From an uncultured Gemmatimonadaceae bacterium (lineage in GTDB: Bacteria; Gemmatimonadota; Gemmatimonadetes; Gemmatimonadales; Gemmatimonadaceae): a stretch of 59,082 bases of DNA. Below, in pieces: positions 40,147 through 49,852 of this stretch (its first letter is position 1; each line of letters begins with the position of its first letter). Below the pieces are notes generated by a model, which was given only the letters and a program-made list of their open reading frames with translations, was not told the DNA's origin and searched no databases. The position numbers and the translations under genes were made by a program. The stretch is taken from assembly GCA_963822945.1 (NCBI GenBank), contig CAWGJO010000044.1:1-59082 (forward strand). Direction: 5' to 3'.

Positions 40147-42909
40147 ATGACCCAGCAAACCGACCGCCTGAACGCCGCCCTCGCCGGCCGCTACCGCATC
40201 GAGCGCCACCTTGGTGAAGGCGGGATGGCGTCGGTGTACCTGTGCGAGGACCTGAAGCACGACCGCAAAGTCGCGCTCAAGCTTCTGAAGCCGGAACTCT
40301 CCGCCGTGCTGGGCGGCGACCGGTTCGTCCAGGAAATCAAGACGACGGCGGCGCTCCAGCACCCGCACATTCTCCCGCTGTTCGATTCGGGCGTCGCTGA
40401 CGGCTTCCTGTTCTACGTCATGCCGTTCATCGACGGCGAGACGCTGCGCGACAAGCTCAACCGCGAGACGCAACTCGGTATCGAAGAATCGTTGCGCATT
40501 GCGAAGGAACTGCTGGACGGCCTCCAGTATGCGCACGAGCATGGCATCGTGCACCGCGATGTGAAGCCGGAGAATATCCTGCTGTTCGGCGGCCATGCGA
40601 TGATCGCCGATTTCGGGATCGCACTGGCGGTGAGCGCCGCGGCCGGCGGACGGATGACGGAAACCGGGCTTTCACTCGGCACGCCGCATTACATGAGCCC
40701 CGAGCAGGCGACGGCGGAAAAGGAGATCACGGCACGGAGCGACGTGTATTCGGTGGCGAGCGTGCTGTACGAAATGCTGGCCGGCCAGCCGCCGCACGTG
40801 GGTGGTCCAGCGCAGCAGGTGATCATGCGCATCATCACCGAGCGGGCGCGCCCGGTGAGCGAGTTCCGCCGGAACGTGCCGCCCAATGTGGTGGCGGCGC
40901 TCGACAAGGCGCTCGAAAAGCTGCCGGCCGACCGGTTCGAGAGCGCGAAGGCGTTCAGCGAAGCCCTGGGCAATACCGGGTTTACGACGGCGCGGGTAGG
41001 AGCCGCTGCAGTCGCCGGCGCATCGGCGGGGGCCGGCATCTTCACCACGCCCTTCCTCGGCGTGTCGGCGCTCGCCGTCCTGGCGATCGTGGCGGCGCTC
41101 TGGGGCTGGTCGCGACCTACACCCAAGCCGATGGTTAGCCGGTTCCGCACGATGTTCCTGAACACGGCGCACGTTCCACCTGGATGGGTGGCCGCCCGGG
41201 TCGCGATTTCGCCCGACGGGCGCACGATCGTGTACGTGGATAGTACGCCGGCGGGTACGCAGCTCTTTGCCAAACAGCGCGATCAACTCGAGGCGACTCC
41301 ACTGAGCGGTACCGACAAGGCCTTAGGAAGCCCGACGTTCTCGCCCGATGGCGCGTGGATTGCGTTCGTGACGCGCGATGGAGAGGTGAAGAAGGTACCG
41401 CGCGGCGGTGGAGCCTCGGTGGTCCTTGCTGATTCCGCCACCGTCTCTGGCCTCCATGCCCTCGCGTGGGCCGACGACGGCGCGATCCTGTACGTGGACT
41501 ATGCGTTCGGGTTGCGGAGCGTGGGGCAGGATGGCGGGACGCCGAGTGTGGTCTGGAAGGATCCGGACTTGTCCGACACCACCGGGGTAGGCATCGTCAG
41601 CGTGGCAGGGCTTCCCGGCGGCACGAGTGCGCTGGTCGGGGCCTGCACGAACCGGTGCGTGAGAAGCGACCTCCGTGTGCTCGATTTGAAGACTCTGAAG
41701 TCGACGAGTCTGGTGAAGGACGTCCTGGCCGGATGGCCGTTGCCCGGGGGCCTCGTGGCCTTCGTGCGGGCGGACGGCGGCGTGCTGGCGGCACCGTTGG
41801 ACGTGGGCAAAGCGCGATTTACCCGGGCGCCGGCGCCGATGCTCGACGGGGTCCGGATTCCGAGTTGCTGCGCGGTGGATGCGACGGTCTCGGCTAATGG
41901 CACCCTGCTCTATGTCGAGGGGGCTACGGCCGCGAAAACCCTGGCGTATCAGCCCGTGTGGGTGACGCGCAGCGGCACGGCGACGCCCATCGACACGGCG
42001 TGGACGATCCCCCTGTCCCAGGATTGCACCTGCAGCGGCGATCTCACGCTCTCCCCCGATGGCCGCCGGCTGGCGCTGGCCGTCGAGCGCAAACCGGGTT
42101 CGGGGAACGGCGACATCTTCGTCAAGCAACTCGACGCGGCGCCGTACGCGCTCATGCCGCTCACCTTTGCGGGAGACGGTTCGAGCCCTCGCTGGACGGC
42201 GGACGGGCGGTCGGTGATCTACGCCGAAGACCAGGGCGACAACGATCCGGTGTCGTGGGTGGTCCGGCGTCACGCGGACGGCACCGGGCCCGTAGACACG
42301 CTGCTGCCCCCGCGGAATCACATGATCATCAAAGTCGTCCCGACGCCGGACACCGCCCAGTTCATCTTGCAGTACGACATCAATGGCCCGCCGCGTGACA
42401 TCGTGCTGGCGCACCGCGGCGATACCACCACCACACCGCTGATGGCGAGTCAGAATTTCGCTGAGATCTTTCCGGCGCTTTCCCCCAATGGACGCTGGCT
42501 TGCCTACGCGTCCAACGAAACGGGGCGTTTCGAGGTGTACGTGCGGCCGTTCCCCGATGTAAATGCGCGGCGGGTGCAGGTGTCGCAGTCCGGCGGCACC
42601 GAGCCGCGCTGGGGTCGCAACGGCCGGGAACTGTTCTACCGAAATGGGAAGGGGGCGTTCGTGTCCGCTGCGGTGGTGCCCGGCGCGGCGTTCACGCTTG
42701 GCAGGCAGACGGTGTTGTTCGACGCCAGCCAGTTCTATTACGGTCCGTCCTCACGGTCGTATGACATGGCGCCGGGCGACCAGCGGTTCGTCTTCCTGGA
42801 GAAATCCCAGGATGCGAAACATGCGTCCGCGCCGCCCGACAAGCTGGTGGAAGTGGTGAACTGGGGGACGGAAGTGCGGGAGAAGCTGGCGGGGAAGGCG
42901 CGGAAGTAG
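40147..42909 (+). CDS. Hanks-type Ser/Thr kinase with TolB-like (PD40) beta-propeller
   Basis: LGEGGMASVY, VALK, HRDVKPEN, ADFG, GTPHYMSPEQ; TM; repeated SPDG/SPNG motifs. Confidence 0.93.
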   Translation: MTQQTDRLNAALAGRYRIERHLGEGGMASVYLCEDLKHDRKVALKLLKPELSAVLGGDRFVQEIKTTAALQHPHILPLFDSGVADGFLFYVMPFIDGETLRDKLNRETQLGIEESLRIAKELLDGLQYAHEHGIVHRDVKPENILLFGGHAMIADFGIALAVSAAAGGRMTETGLSLGTPHYMSPEQATAEKEITARSDVYSVASVLYEMLAGQPPHVGGPAQQVIMRIITERARPVSEFRRNVPPNVVAALDKALEKLPADRFESAKAFSEALGNTGFTTARVGAAAVAGASAGAGIFTTPFLGVSALAVLAIVAALWGWSRPTPKPMVSRFRTMFLNTAHVPPGWVAARVAISPDGRTIVYVDSTPAGTQLFAKQRDQLEATPLSGTDKALGSPTFSPDGAWIAFVTRDGEVKKVPRGGGASVVLADSATVSGLHALAWADDGAILYVDYAFGLRSVGQDGGTPSVVWKDPDLSDTTGVGIVSVAGLPGGTSALVGACTNRCVRSDLRVLDLKTLKSTSLVKDVLAGWPLPGGLVAFVRADGGVLAAPLDVGKARFTRAPAPMLDGVRIPSCCAVDATVSANGTLLYVEGATAAKTLAYQPVWVTRSGTATPIDTAWTIPLSQDCTCSGDLTLSPDGRRLALAVERKPGSGNGDIFVKQLDAAPYALMPLTFAGDGSSPRWTADGRSVIYAEDQGDNDPVSWVVRRHADGTGPVDTLLPPRNHMIIKVVPTPDTAQFILQYDINGPPRDIVLAHRGDTTTTPLMASQNFAEIFPALSPNGRWLAYASNETGRFEVYVRPFPDVNARRVQVSQSGGTEPRWGRNGRELFYRNGKGAFVSAAVVPGAAFTLGRQTVLFDASQFYYGPSSRSYDMAPGDQRFVFLEKSQDAKHASAPPDKLVEVVNWGTEVREKLAGKARK

Positions 42910-42911
42910 AC

Positions 42912-44576
42912 ATGCTTCGCGCCGTCGCCATCGCCGCCCTGTTCGTCGTGGCGGCGATTCTGCTCTGGCGCGTACTGAAGTACGCCGAGGCCGCCTGGAT
43001 GGCGCGGCGGCTCAAGGCCATGCGCCGCTCGTTCGATGCCGGGGCCGCCGGCGGATTTCACCGATTCGCCGTCGGCGTGGGAGACACCCCGGTCGCCGAA
43101 CGGACCTGGCGCGATCTCGACCTCGACGAGGTCTTTCAGACTCTCGACTTCACGGTCAGCCAGCCCGGCCGCCAGTACCTGTACCACCTGCTGCGCACGC
43201 CCCACGAGGACGCCGAGCGGCTTGCGCGACTGGACCGGGTGGCCCACCGGCTGGGCGAGGACACGGAGGCGGGGCAGCGCGCCGGTCGCGCCCTGCGCGG
43301 TCTCGCCGATCCCCGGGCGGCGCATCTGGCGCTTCTCATCCATGGCGAGCTTCCCGACCGGCCCCGACTCTGGTGGTGCTTTCCGATTCTCACGGCATCG
43401 GCCGTTGCGTCGTTGGCGCTGCTGCCCTTCTGGCCGCCCGCGTGGCTCACGCTCACGGTGACGGCACTGCTCAACGTCTGGGCGCAGGTGCTGTACAAGC
43501 CGGACGTCTCGCGCTTTGCGCCCGCGCTGCACGAGGTGCCGGCGCTGGTGCGATGTGCGGCCGAGTTGGGAAGGCTGGACGAGCCCGAGTTGGAGCGGGA
43601 GTGCCGCCTGCTCGCTGAGGGCGCCGCGAGGTCACACGCGCTCCAACGCGCGTCCCGGTGGCTCACCTTCGAACCGGACCAGACCAACGAGGTCGTGTCG
43701 ACGCTGTACGCATACGCGAACATGGTGCTCCTGTTCGACGTCAACGCCTATGCGTTCAGCCTGTCCACGATCCGGGCGCACCGAACGCGTCTGGTCCCGA
43801 TGTTCGAGGCCATCGGGTACATCGACGCCGCGCGATCGATCGCCGCCTGGCGCGCATCGTTGACGCGGTGGTGCACGCCGGCATTCACGCCGCCGGCCAA
43901 GGCGCTGCACGCGGCGCAAGTCGTACACCCGCTCGTGCGCGACGCCGTGCCCAACGATCTCGACGTCGACGGCCGCAGCGTGCTGGTCAGCGGGTCCAAC
44001 ATGGCGGGGAAGACGACGTTCATCCGGGCGGTGGGCATCAACGCGATACTGGCCCAGACGATGGCCACGGCCTGCGCCACGGCGTGGCGCGCTCCGCTGC
44101 TGCGCGTCCGCACCTCCATCGGCCGCGCCGACAGCGTGATGGACGGCAGGAGCTATTACCTTGCCGAACTCGAATCGGTGCGCGGGCTGCTGGACGCCAA
44201 GTCGGACGGGGCGCAGCACCTGTTCCTGCTCGACGAGACCTTCCGCGGGACGAACACCACGGAGCGGGTGGCTGCCGCGTACGCCGTGCTCCGGCATCTC
44301 GACCTCGGGCTCGACCTCGTGCTCGTTGCCACCCACGATCTCGAGGTGCTCGACCTGCTGGGCGACGGATACGCCGCCCTCCATTTCCGGGAGCAGATCG
44401 TGGATCAGGAGCTGACGTTCGACTATCGGATCCGGCCGGGTCCGTCGTCCACGCGGAACGCCATCGCCCTGTTGCGCGTGATGGACTACCCCCAGGCGGT
44501 CATCGACGACGCGACCGCGCACCTCGACTGGCAGCAGCGATTGCCGCCGGCCATCGATTCCGACAACTTTGTCTGA
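42912..44576 (+). CDS. Membrane-associated MutS-related ATPase (domain V only)
   Basis: HPL..VPND, GSNMAGKTTF, SYYLAEL, LLDETFRGTN, VATHD; TM segments; no mismatch-binding domain. Confidence 0.87.
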   Translation: MLRAVAIAALFVVAAILLWRVLKYAEAAWMARRLKAMRRSFDAGAAGGFHRFAVGVGDTPVAERTWRDLDLDEVFQTLDFTVSQPGRQYLYHLLRTPHEDAERLARLDRVAHRLGEDTEAGQRAGRALRGLADPRAAHLALLIHGELPDRPRLWWCFPILTASAVASLALLPFWPPAWLTLTVTALLNVWAQVLYKPDVSRFAPALHEVPALVRCAAELGRLDEPELERECRLLAEGAARSHALQRASRWLTFEPDQTNEVVSTLYAYANMVLLFDVNAYAFSLSTIRAHRTRLVPMFEAIGYIDAARSIAAWRASLTRWCTPAFTPPAKALHAAQVVHPLVRDAVPNDLDVDGRSVLVSGSNMAGKTTFIRAVGINAILAQTMATACATAWRAPLLRVRTSIGRADSVMDGRSYYLAELESVRGLLDAKSDGAQHLFLLDETFRGTNTTERVAAAYAVLRHLDLGLDLVLVATHDLEVLDLLGDGYAALHFREQIVDQELTFDYRIRPGPSSTRNAIALLRVMDYPQAVIDDATAHLDWQQRLPPAIDSDNFV

Positions 44577-44640
44577 CTCGGCGCGCGGTGCCGATCCGCA
44601 CGGAGCGCACCCCCGCTACGACCGACTTCCCGATGAGCCA

Positions 44641-45399
44641 ATGAGCGAGACCCCACGCACCGTCCCCTGTCCCAATTGCGGCGCCCCCGTCAGCGGAAAG
44701 TTCTGCGCCCTGTGCGGCGAGGCGATCGAGGCGACTGCCCCGGCCGCCCCCGGCGCCCCCCGCGCGGCCAGACCCGCGCCCGCGCCTGCCGCGGCCCCAG
44801 CCACCGAGCATCGCTCCCACGCCCGGGCCTGGACCGCGATCTCGCTCGCCGCCTTCTTGGCGCTGGCCCTCTGGTTCGCCGGGCGGTCGATGACCGCCGG
44901 CCCGGCGGCGCCGCCGGGCGGCGGTGGGATGGGCGGCGGCCCGATGGGCGGTGGGGCGGCCGGAGCGGCGCCCGACATCAGCCAGATGTCGCCGGCCGAG
45001 CGCGCCCAGCGGCTGCACGACCTCGTGATGCGCGCCTACGGCGAGCATGCGATGGACACGGTGCAGCGCTTCTCGCCGATGGCCATCTCGGCCTATCAGA
45101 TGCTGGACAGCATGAGTCTGTCGCAGCGATACGACCTGGGGCGGGTGGCGCTGGCTGCCGGGCACGTGGACCTGGCTGCCGCGCAGGCCGATACGATCCT
45201 GGCCCGACACCGGAACGACGTGCTGGGCCTGGTGCTCGCGACCGACGCCGCGCGCGCCGGCAAAGACGCCAGCGCCGAGCGGAAGTTCATGGCGCGGCTG
45301 CGAGCAGCCGTTCCGGGCGGTGCGGCGTCGGTGAAGAGCGCCGAGTACGCGCCCTATCGCAGTGACATCGAAGCGACGCTCGGCGGGGGAGGATCGTAG
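44641..45399 (+). CDS. Zinc-ribbon/TM/TPR-like hypothetical protein
   Basis: CPNCG..KFCALCG, Pro/Ala linker, TM, helical C-terminus. Confidence 0.72.
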   Translation: MSETPRTVPCPNCGAPVSGKFCALCGEAIEATAPAAPGAPRAARPAPAPAAAPATEHRSHARAWTAISLAAFLALALWFAGRSMTAGPAAPPGGGGMGGGPMGGGAAGAAPDISQMSPAERAQRLHDLVMRAYGEHAMDTVQRFSPMAISAYQMLDSMSLSQRYDLGRVALAAGHVDLAAAQADTILARHRNDVLGLVLATDAARAGKDASAERKFMARLRAAVPGGAASVKSAEYAPYRSDIEATLGGGGS

Positions 45400-45413
45400 G
45401 CGGGCCAAGCCCG

Positions 45414-45461
45414 AAAAGGCAGAGCCCCACCGGACTTCCTCATCCGATGAGACTCTGCCTT
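45414..45461 (-). terminator. Rho-independent terminator for the minus-strand lipoprotein gene
   Basis: Minus-strand RNA AAGGCAGAGUCUCAUCGGA / UCCGGUGGGGCUCUGCCUU(UU); mismatches are G-U only on the minus strand. Confidence 0.75.
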
Positions 45462-45496
45462 CCCACCCCTGATCCCCTCAGATCAGGTCCCCACAC

Positions 45497-46267
45497 TCAG
45501 CCCCCCGTGCACCCCGTCACCTTGTGCGTGACCAGATTCAGGTTGCACGACATCGTCCCCACCTGGATCGGCACGTTGCCCTCGGCGTCGGCCGGGAAGG
45601 TCACCACGACGCGGCGCGAGATGGTCCGCGTCCTGGTCGTGGCGCCGGTGAAGGTGAAGGTCGCGTTCAGATTGCGAATGACCTGTCCCGAAATGGGCCA
45701 GGGATTGTTGGCGCGCGGGAGCTTGAACACGATGTCGGTGGTGGTGTCGCTGGCCGCGATCTCCGCCACCCGCGTGCCGGCGTCACGAGTGAACGTCGTC
45801 GTGTCCTGACTGGCGCCGTACCCGTTGTGGGTCCGCGTGGTGGCCGTGTCGGAGATGCCGCTGATGGAGTCGTGCCGCTGGCGGTGCACGATGGCGGTGA
45901 ACCGGTCGCCCGAGCGGAAGCCGTCGAGCTTCAGGGTGACGACCACCGAGGCGGTGAGGCCCTGGCCGCAGGCGACGACGGCGCCGCCGGCATCGTAGCA
46001 GGTGCGCGTCCGGGTGCGGCTGAGGCTGCTGCTGTCCACGGCGGCGGCCGCGGCCACGTCCTGCACGGGGAGGCCGCCGAACTGTTCGTCACCGGTCATG
46101 TCGCTCACGTCGGTCGCGATGGCATCGCCCGCCGAGACGGCGAGGTCGGCGGAGAGGCTCGCATCGGTCGCGGTCGAGGCGGCGGGTGCGGTGCCGCTGC
46201 TGCACGCGGCGAGGCTGACGACGGCGGCCGCGGCCAGGGCGGCGATGGAATGTTTGAGTCGTGGCAT
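45497..46267 (-). CDS. Hypothetical beta-rich lipoprotein
   Basis: Lipobox LAAC; Thr-rich; two Cys pairs; terminator downstream. Confidence 0.78.
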   Translation of the reverse strand: MPRLKHSIAALAAAAVVSLAACSSGTAPAASTATDASLSADLAVSAGDAIATDVSDMTGDEQFGGLPVQDVAAAAAVDSSSLSRTRTRTCYDAGGAVVACGQGLTASVVVTLKLDGFRSGDRFTAIVHRQRHDSISGISDTATTRTHNGYGASQDTTTFTRDAGTRVAEIAASDTTTDIVFKLPRANNPWPISGQVIRNLNATFTFTGATTRTRTISRRVVVTFPADAEGNVPIQVGTMSCNLNLVTHKVTGCTGG

Positions 46268-46502
46268 GGTCTTCCCCGTGCAAGGCTGGAAACTCGATCC
46301 TGCGCTGTCGGGGAGTGAGACGCCGGGGCGGGGGCGGCGTTAAGGGGCCCAACGGCGGGGTCGCCGTACCGGCGGTGGACAGGCGCCGACGGCGGGTGCG
46401 CCTCGCCACCCGCACCGGCCAGACATACATTGGCAGGCATGGTCGCCGGCACGCCGCCCGCGCCGCCGGCGCCGCCCCTCACGCCCCACCCAGGTCGTCG
46501 AC

Positions 46503-47099
46503 ATGCTCACCAAGAGTCAGCTGGCCTCGTATGGTGTCGAGTTGCGCAACGCGGTCGACGCGGCGCGCTACCGGCTGTCACAACTCGACCGGCTGGCAAG
46601 CGAGTGGCTGGCGGTGAGCGAGGCGTGGCGGCTGGCCCCGCACGACGAGGGCCCGAGCCTCGCTCCCTGGGGCCAGCTCCAGGCCGAGACGTTCGACGAG
46701 ATCGACGGATTCCTGGCCGCGTTCGTGCGCGTGTCGCTGCTGGTGTTCCCCGAACGCGACGAAGGGTTCGCCGCCGCGCGCGGCGAAGCGCTGCAGGCGA
46801 TCGCGGCGCTGCCGGCCGACACGGTGCTCAACGACCGCGAATTCCGCGACAGCTGGCTGCGCCACGACGAGCGCTTCGACTACGCCGTGGAGCACGGGCT
46901 GGGCCACGCCGGACAGCGCTTCACGGTGGCGGGCGACGTGTCGGACCGGATGAAGGCGGCCCACCTCCGCATCATCGAGATGGACACGCGCGTGCTCCAC
47001 TACCGCGACGCCACCGGCGGCTATCGGCAGGCCTCGCTCCGCGCGATGGGCGACGTGCTCAAGCACCTCGACGGGAAGTGGCAGCTCCTGGTACTCTGA
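46503..47099 (+). CDS. Hypothetical protein, possibly HEPN-like
   Basis: Helical; FRDSWLRHDERF motif; coding-like codon usage. Confidence 0.65.
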   Translation: MLTKSQLASYGVELRNAVDAARYRLSQLDRLASEWLAVSEAWRLAPHDEGPSLAPWGQLQAETFDEIDGFLAAFVRVSLLVFPERDEGFAAARGEALQAIAALPADTVLNDREFRDSWLRHDERFDYAVEHGLGHAGQRFTVAGDVSDRMKAAHLRIIEMDTRVLHYRDATGGYRQASLRAMGDVLKHLDGKWQLLVL

Positions 47100-47117
47100 C
47101 GGCATGAGGATGGAACG

Positions 47118-47843
47118 ATGAAGAAGTTGCTCATCGGGGGCGGGATCGTGGTGGGGCTCTGCGTGGTGGCGCTCGTCGTCGCCTCGTTCTTCCTGGGATC
47201 CATCGTCATCGGAGGCGTCAACAGCTACGGGCCGCGGGTCACGCAGACCCGCGTCTCGCTCCGCGGGGCGACCATCTCGCCGCTGAGCGGCAGCGGATCG
47301 CTGCGCGGGCTCGTGGTGGGCAATCCCAAGGGGTGGGGCGACGCCGACCTCGCGTCGCTCGGCAGCATCCACATCTCCGTGGTGCCCAGGTCGCTGTTCG
47401 GCGACCACGTGGTGATCGACGACATCGACATCGAAGCGCCCGAGTTCAACTACGAGACGAAATTCACCTCGAGCAACGTCGGCGACCTGCTCGACAACGT
47501 GGAACGCGCCGCCGGCACGAGCGCCGGCACCGCGACGGCCAAGAACGGAAAACCGATGCGGTTCGAGGTGCGACACCTTCGGGTGCGCAACGGCGTGGTG
47601 CGCGTGGGGGTCGGTTCGGATTCCGCCCGCGTCGAACTTCCGCCCATCGAACTCACCAACATCGGTACCAAGCAGGGTGGCATCACGTCGGCCGAACTCA
47701 CGACCACCGTGATGCGGGCCCTGTCGAACGACATTCTCCACGCCACCACGCAGGCCGCCGTGAAGGCGGCGGGCGAGGCGGCGGGCCAGCAGTTGAAGAG
47801 CGCGGCGGACAAGGTGAAGGGGCTGTTCGGTCCCAAGAAGTGA
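47118..47843 (+). CDS. Short AsmA-like membrane protein
   Basis: GAGGA RBS, N-terminal TM, GLVVGNPKGW, VVIDDIDIEAP, SNV, LPPIELTNIG. Confidence 0.75.
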   Translation: MKKLLIGGGIVVGLCVVALVVASFFLGSIVIGGVNSYGPRVTQTRVSLRGATISPLSGSGSLRGLVVGNPKGWGDADLASLGSIHISVVPRSLFGDHVVIDDIDIEAPEFNYETKFTSSNVGDLLDNVERAAGTSAGTATAKNGKPMRFEVRHLRVRNGVVRVGVGSDSARVELPPIELTNIGTKQGGITSAELTTTVMRALSNDILHATTQAAVKAAGEAAGQQLKSAADKVKGLFGPKK

Positions 47844-47914
47844 GCGCACCGTCCGTGCACACCTGAAAGGTCCCGCGGCCGTCGCCGGTTCATTCCTTCC
47901 CCCGAGGATCGACA

Positions 47915-49786
47915 ATGCGCGCCTTTGCCCGTCTGCTCGCCGCCCTCTGCGTGGCCACCAGCCTGTCCGCCCAGCAGGCCGGCACGCGGCCGCTGTTCAC
48001 CTGGCAGGAAGTGATGATCCCGGTGCGCGACGGCGTGCACCTGCAGACCGTGATTCTCACGCCGACGGACCAACGGGGGCCGCTGCCCATCCTGCTGGAA
48101 CGCACGCCGTACGGCGTGCCCGCCCGCGCGCCGGCGCAGATGCCGGCCAACCTCAAGGAGCTCTCGCGCGACGGCTACATCTACGTCTTCCAGAACCTGC
48201 GGGGGCGGTTCAAGTCGGAAGGCGTGTTCAAGTTGAGCTCGCGCGTGGATCTCACCGATTCCACGGCCACCAATGAAACGACCGACGCCTACGACACCAT
48301 CGACTGGCTGGTGAAGCACGTGCCGAACAACAACGGCCGGGTGGGGGAGTACGGCGTGTCGTACGACGGGCTGACGGCCGCCATGACGCTGCTGCACCCG
48401 CACCCGGCGTTGAAGGCGATCAGCGAGCAGGCGTCGCCCGTGGACCAGTGGATGAACGACGACATGCACCGCTACGGCGCGCTGCGCGAGAGCTACGCCG
48501 TGGAGTACTCGGTGCTGGAGCAGTCGGACAAGAACCGGAACACCAACTTCGCCTTCGAGACGTACGACACGTTCTCCTGGTATCTGCATCTGGGGCCGCT
48601 CTCGAACGTGAACGCGCGGTACCTCCACGGCACGATCCCGTTCTGGAACGACATCGTGGCGCACCCCGATTACGACGACTTCTGGAAGGGCGAAGCATGG
48701 GTGCGACAGCTCCATGCGTCCACGGTTCCCAACCTGAACGTGGCCGGGTTCTTCGATCAGGAAGACCCGTGGGGGCCGTGGCAGATCTTCCGCGCGGCGG
48801 CGGAGCACGATCCGGACCACACGGACTTCATGGTCGCCGGCCCCTGGTACCACGGGGAGTGGCAGTCGCCCAGGGGCGACAGCATCGGGCTGGTGGCGCT
48901 CGGCGGGCACGAGACGGCGCGCGAGTTCCGCGAGACGATCGAGGCGCCCTTCTTCCGCTACTACCTGCACGGCGAGGGCGCCAAGCCGCAGTGGCGCGTG
49001 ACGACCTTCCAGGCGGGATCGAACCGGTGGCGCCAGTACGCCGAGTGGCCGCCGGCCGCCGCGAAAGTGGAGAACCTGTATTGCCATGCCGACGGCACGC
49101 TGTCGTTCGACGCGCCGGCCACCGGCGCCGGCGCGGAGTATCGCGAGTACGTCTCCGATCCGGCCAACCCCGTGCCCTACCGGCGGCGCCCCATCTCGCC
49201 GACGTATCCGGGCGGCGACTGGCGCACGTGGGAGGTGGCGGACCAGCGCTTCGTGGACAACCGGCCCGACGTCCTGAGCTTCGTGAGCGCGCCGCTCGAC
49301 CACGACCTCACGATCACCGGCCCCGTGGCGGCGGACCTGTTCGCGTCCACTTCGGGCACCGATGCCGACTTCGTGGTGAAGCTGATCGACGTGTACCCGG
49401 AGAATGCCCAGCCGAATGCGTGGAATCCGGGGGCCGGGCCCAGGCCGGGCCAGTATGCGCAGTCGATGAACGGCTACGAACTGCCGATCGCGATGGAGGT
49501 GCATCGCGGGCGGTACCTCGCGAGCTTCGAGCACCCGGCGCCGCTCGTGCCGGACACGCCGACGGAATGGAAGATCCCGCTGCGCGACCGCGATTACGTG
49601 GTGCGCACGGGGCACCGGCTGATGGTCCAGGTGCAGTCCACCTGGTTCCCCGTCATCGATCGCAACCCGCAGCAGTTCGTGCCCAGCATCTACCGGGCCA
49701 CGGCGGCGGATTTCGTGAAGGCGACGCAGCGCGTGTACTGCTCGCCGGCGCTGCCCTCGCACATTGCGTTGCCGGTGGTGCCGTAG
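47915..49786 (+). CDS. CocE/NonD-family hydrolase (alpha-amino acid ester hydrolase-like)
   Basis: MIPVRDGVHL, ERTPY, RGRFKSEG, DAYDTIDWL, GVSYDG nucleophile, GPWYHG. Confidence 0.93.
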   Translation: MRAFARLLAALCVATSLSAQQAGTRPLFTWQEVMIPVRDGVHLQTVILTPTDQRGPLPILLERTPYGVPARAPAQMPANLKELSRDGYIYVFQNLRGRFKSEGVFKLSSRVDLTDSTATNETTDAYDTIDWLVKHVPNNNGRVGEYGVSYDGLTAAMTLLHPHPALKAISEQASPVDQWMNDDMHRYGALRESYAVEYSVLEQSDKNRNTNFAFETYDTFSWYLHLGPLSNVNARYLHGTIPFWNDIVAHPDYDDFWKGEAWVRQLHASTVPNLNVAGFFDQEDPWGPWQIFRAAAEHDPDHTDFMVAGPWYHGEWQSPRGDSIGLVALGGHETAREFRETIEAPFFRYYLHGEGAKPQWRVTTFQAGSNRWRQYAEWPPAAAKVENLYCHADGTLSFDAPATGAGAEYREYVSDPANPVPYRRRPISPTYPGGDWRTWEVADQRFVDNRPDVLSFVSAPLDHDLTITGPVAADLFASTSGTDADFVVKLIDVYPENAQPNAWNPGAGPRPGQYAQSMNGYELPIAMEVHRGRYLASFEHPAPLVPDTPTEWKIPLRDRDYVVRTGHRLMVQVQSTWFPVIDRNPQQFVPSIYRATAADFVKATQRVYCSPALPSHIALPVVP

Positions 49787-49852
49787 GCGGTGTCCGGGGT
49801 GGTTCGGCCGTCGACGGGAGCGCGCCGTGCCGCCCCTCCGCCCGGCGCGCGC

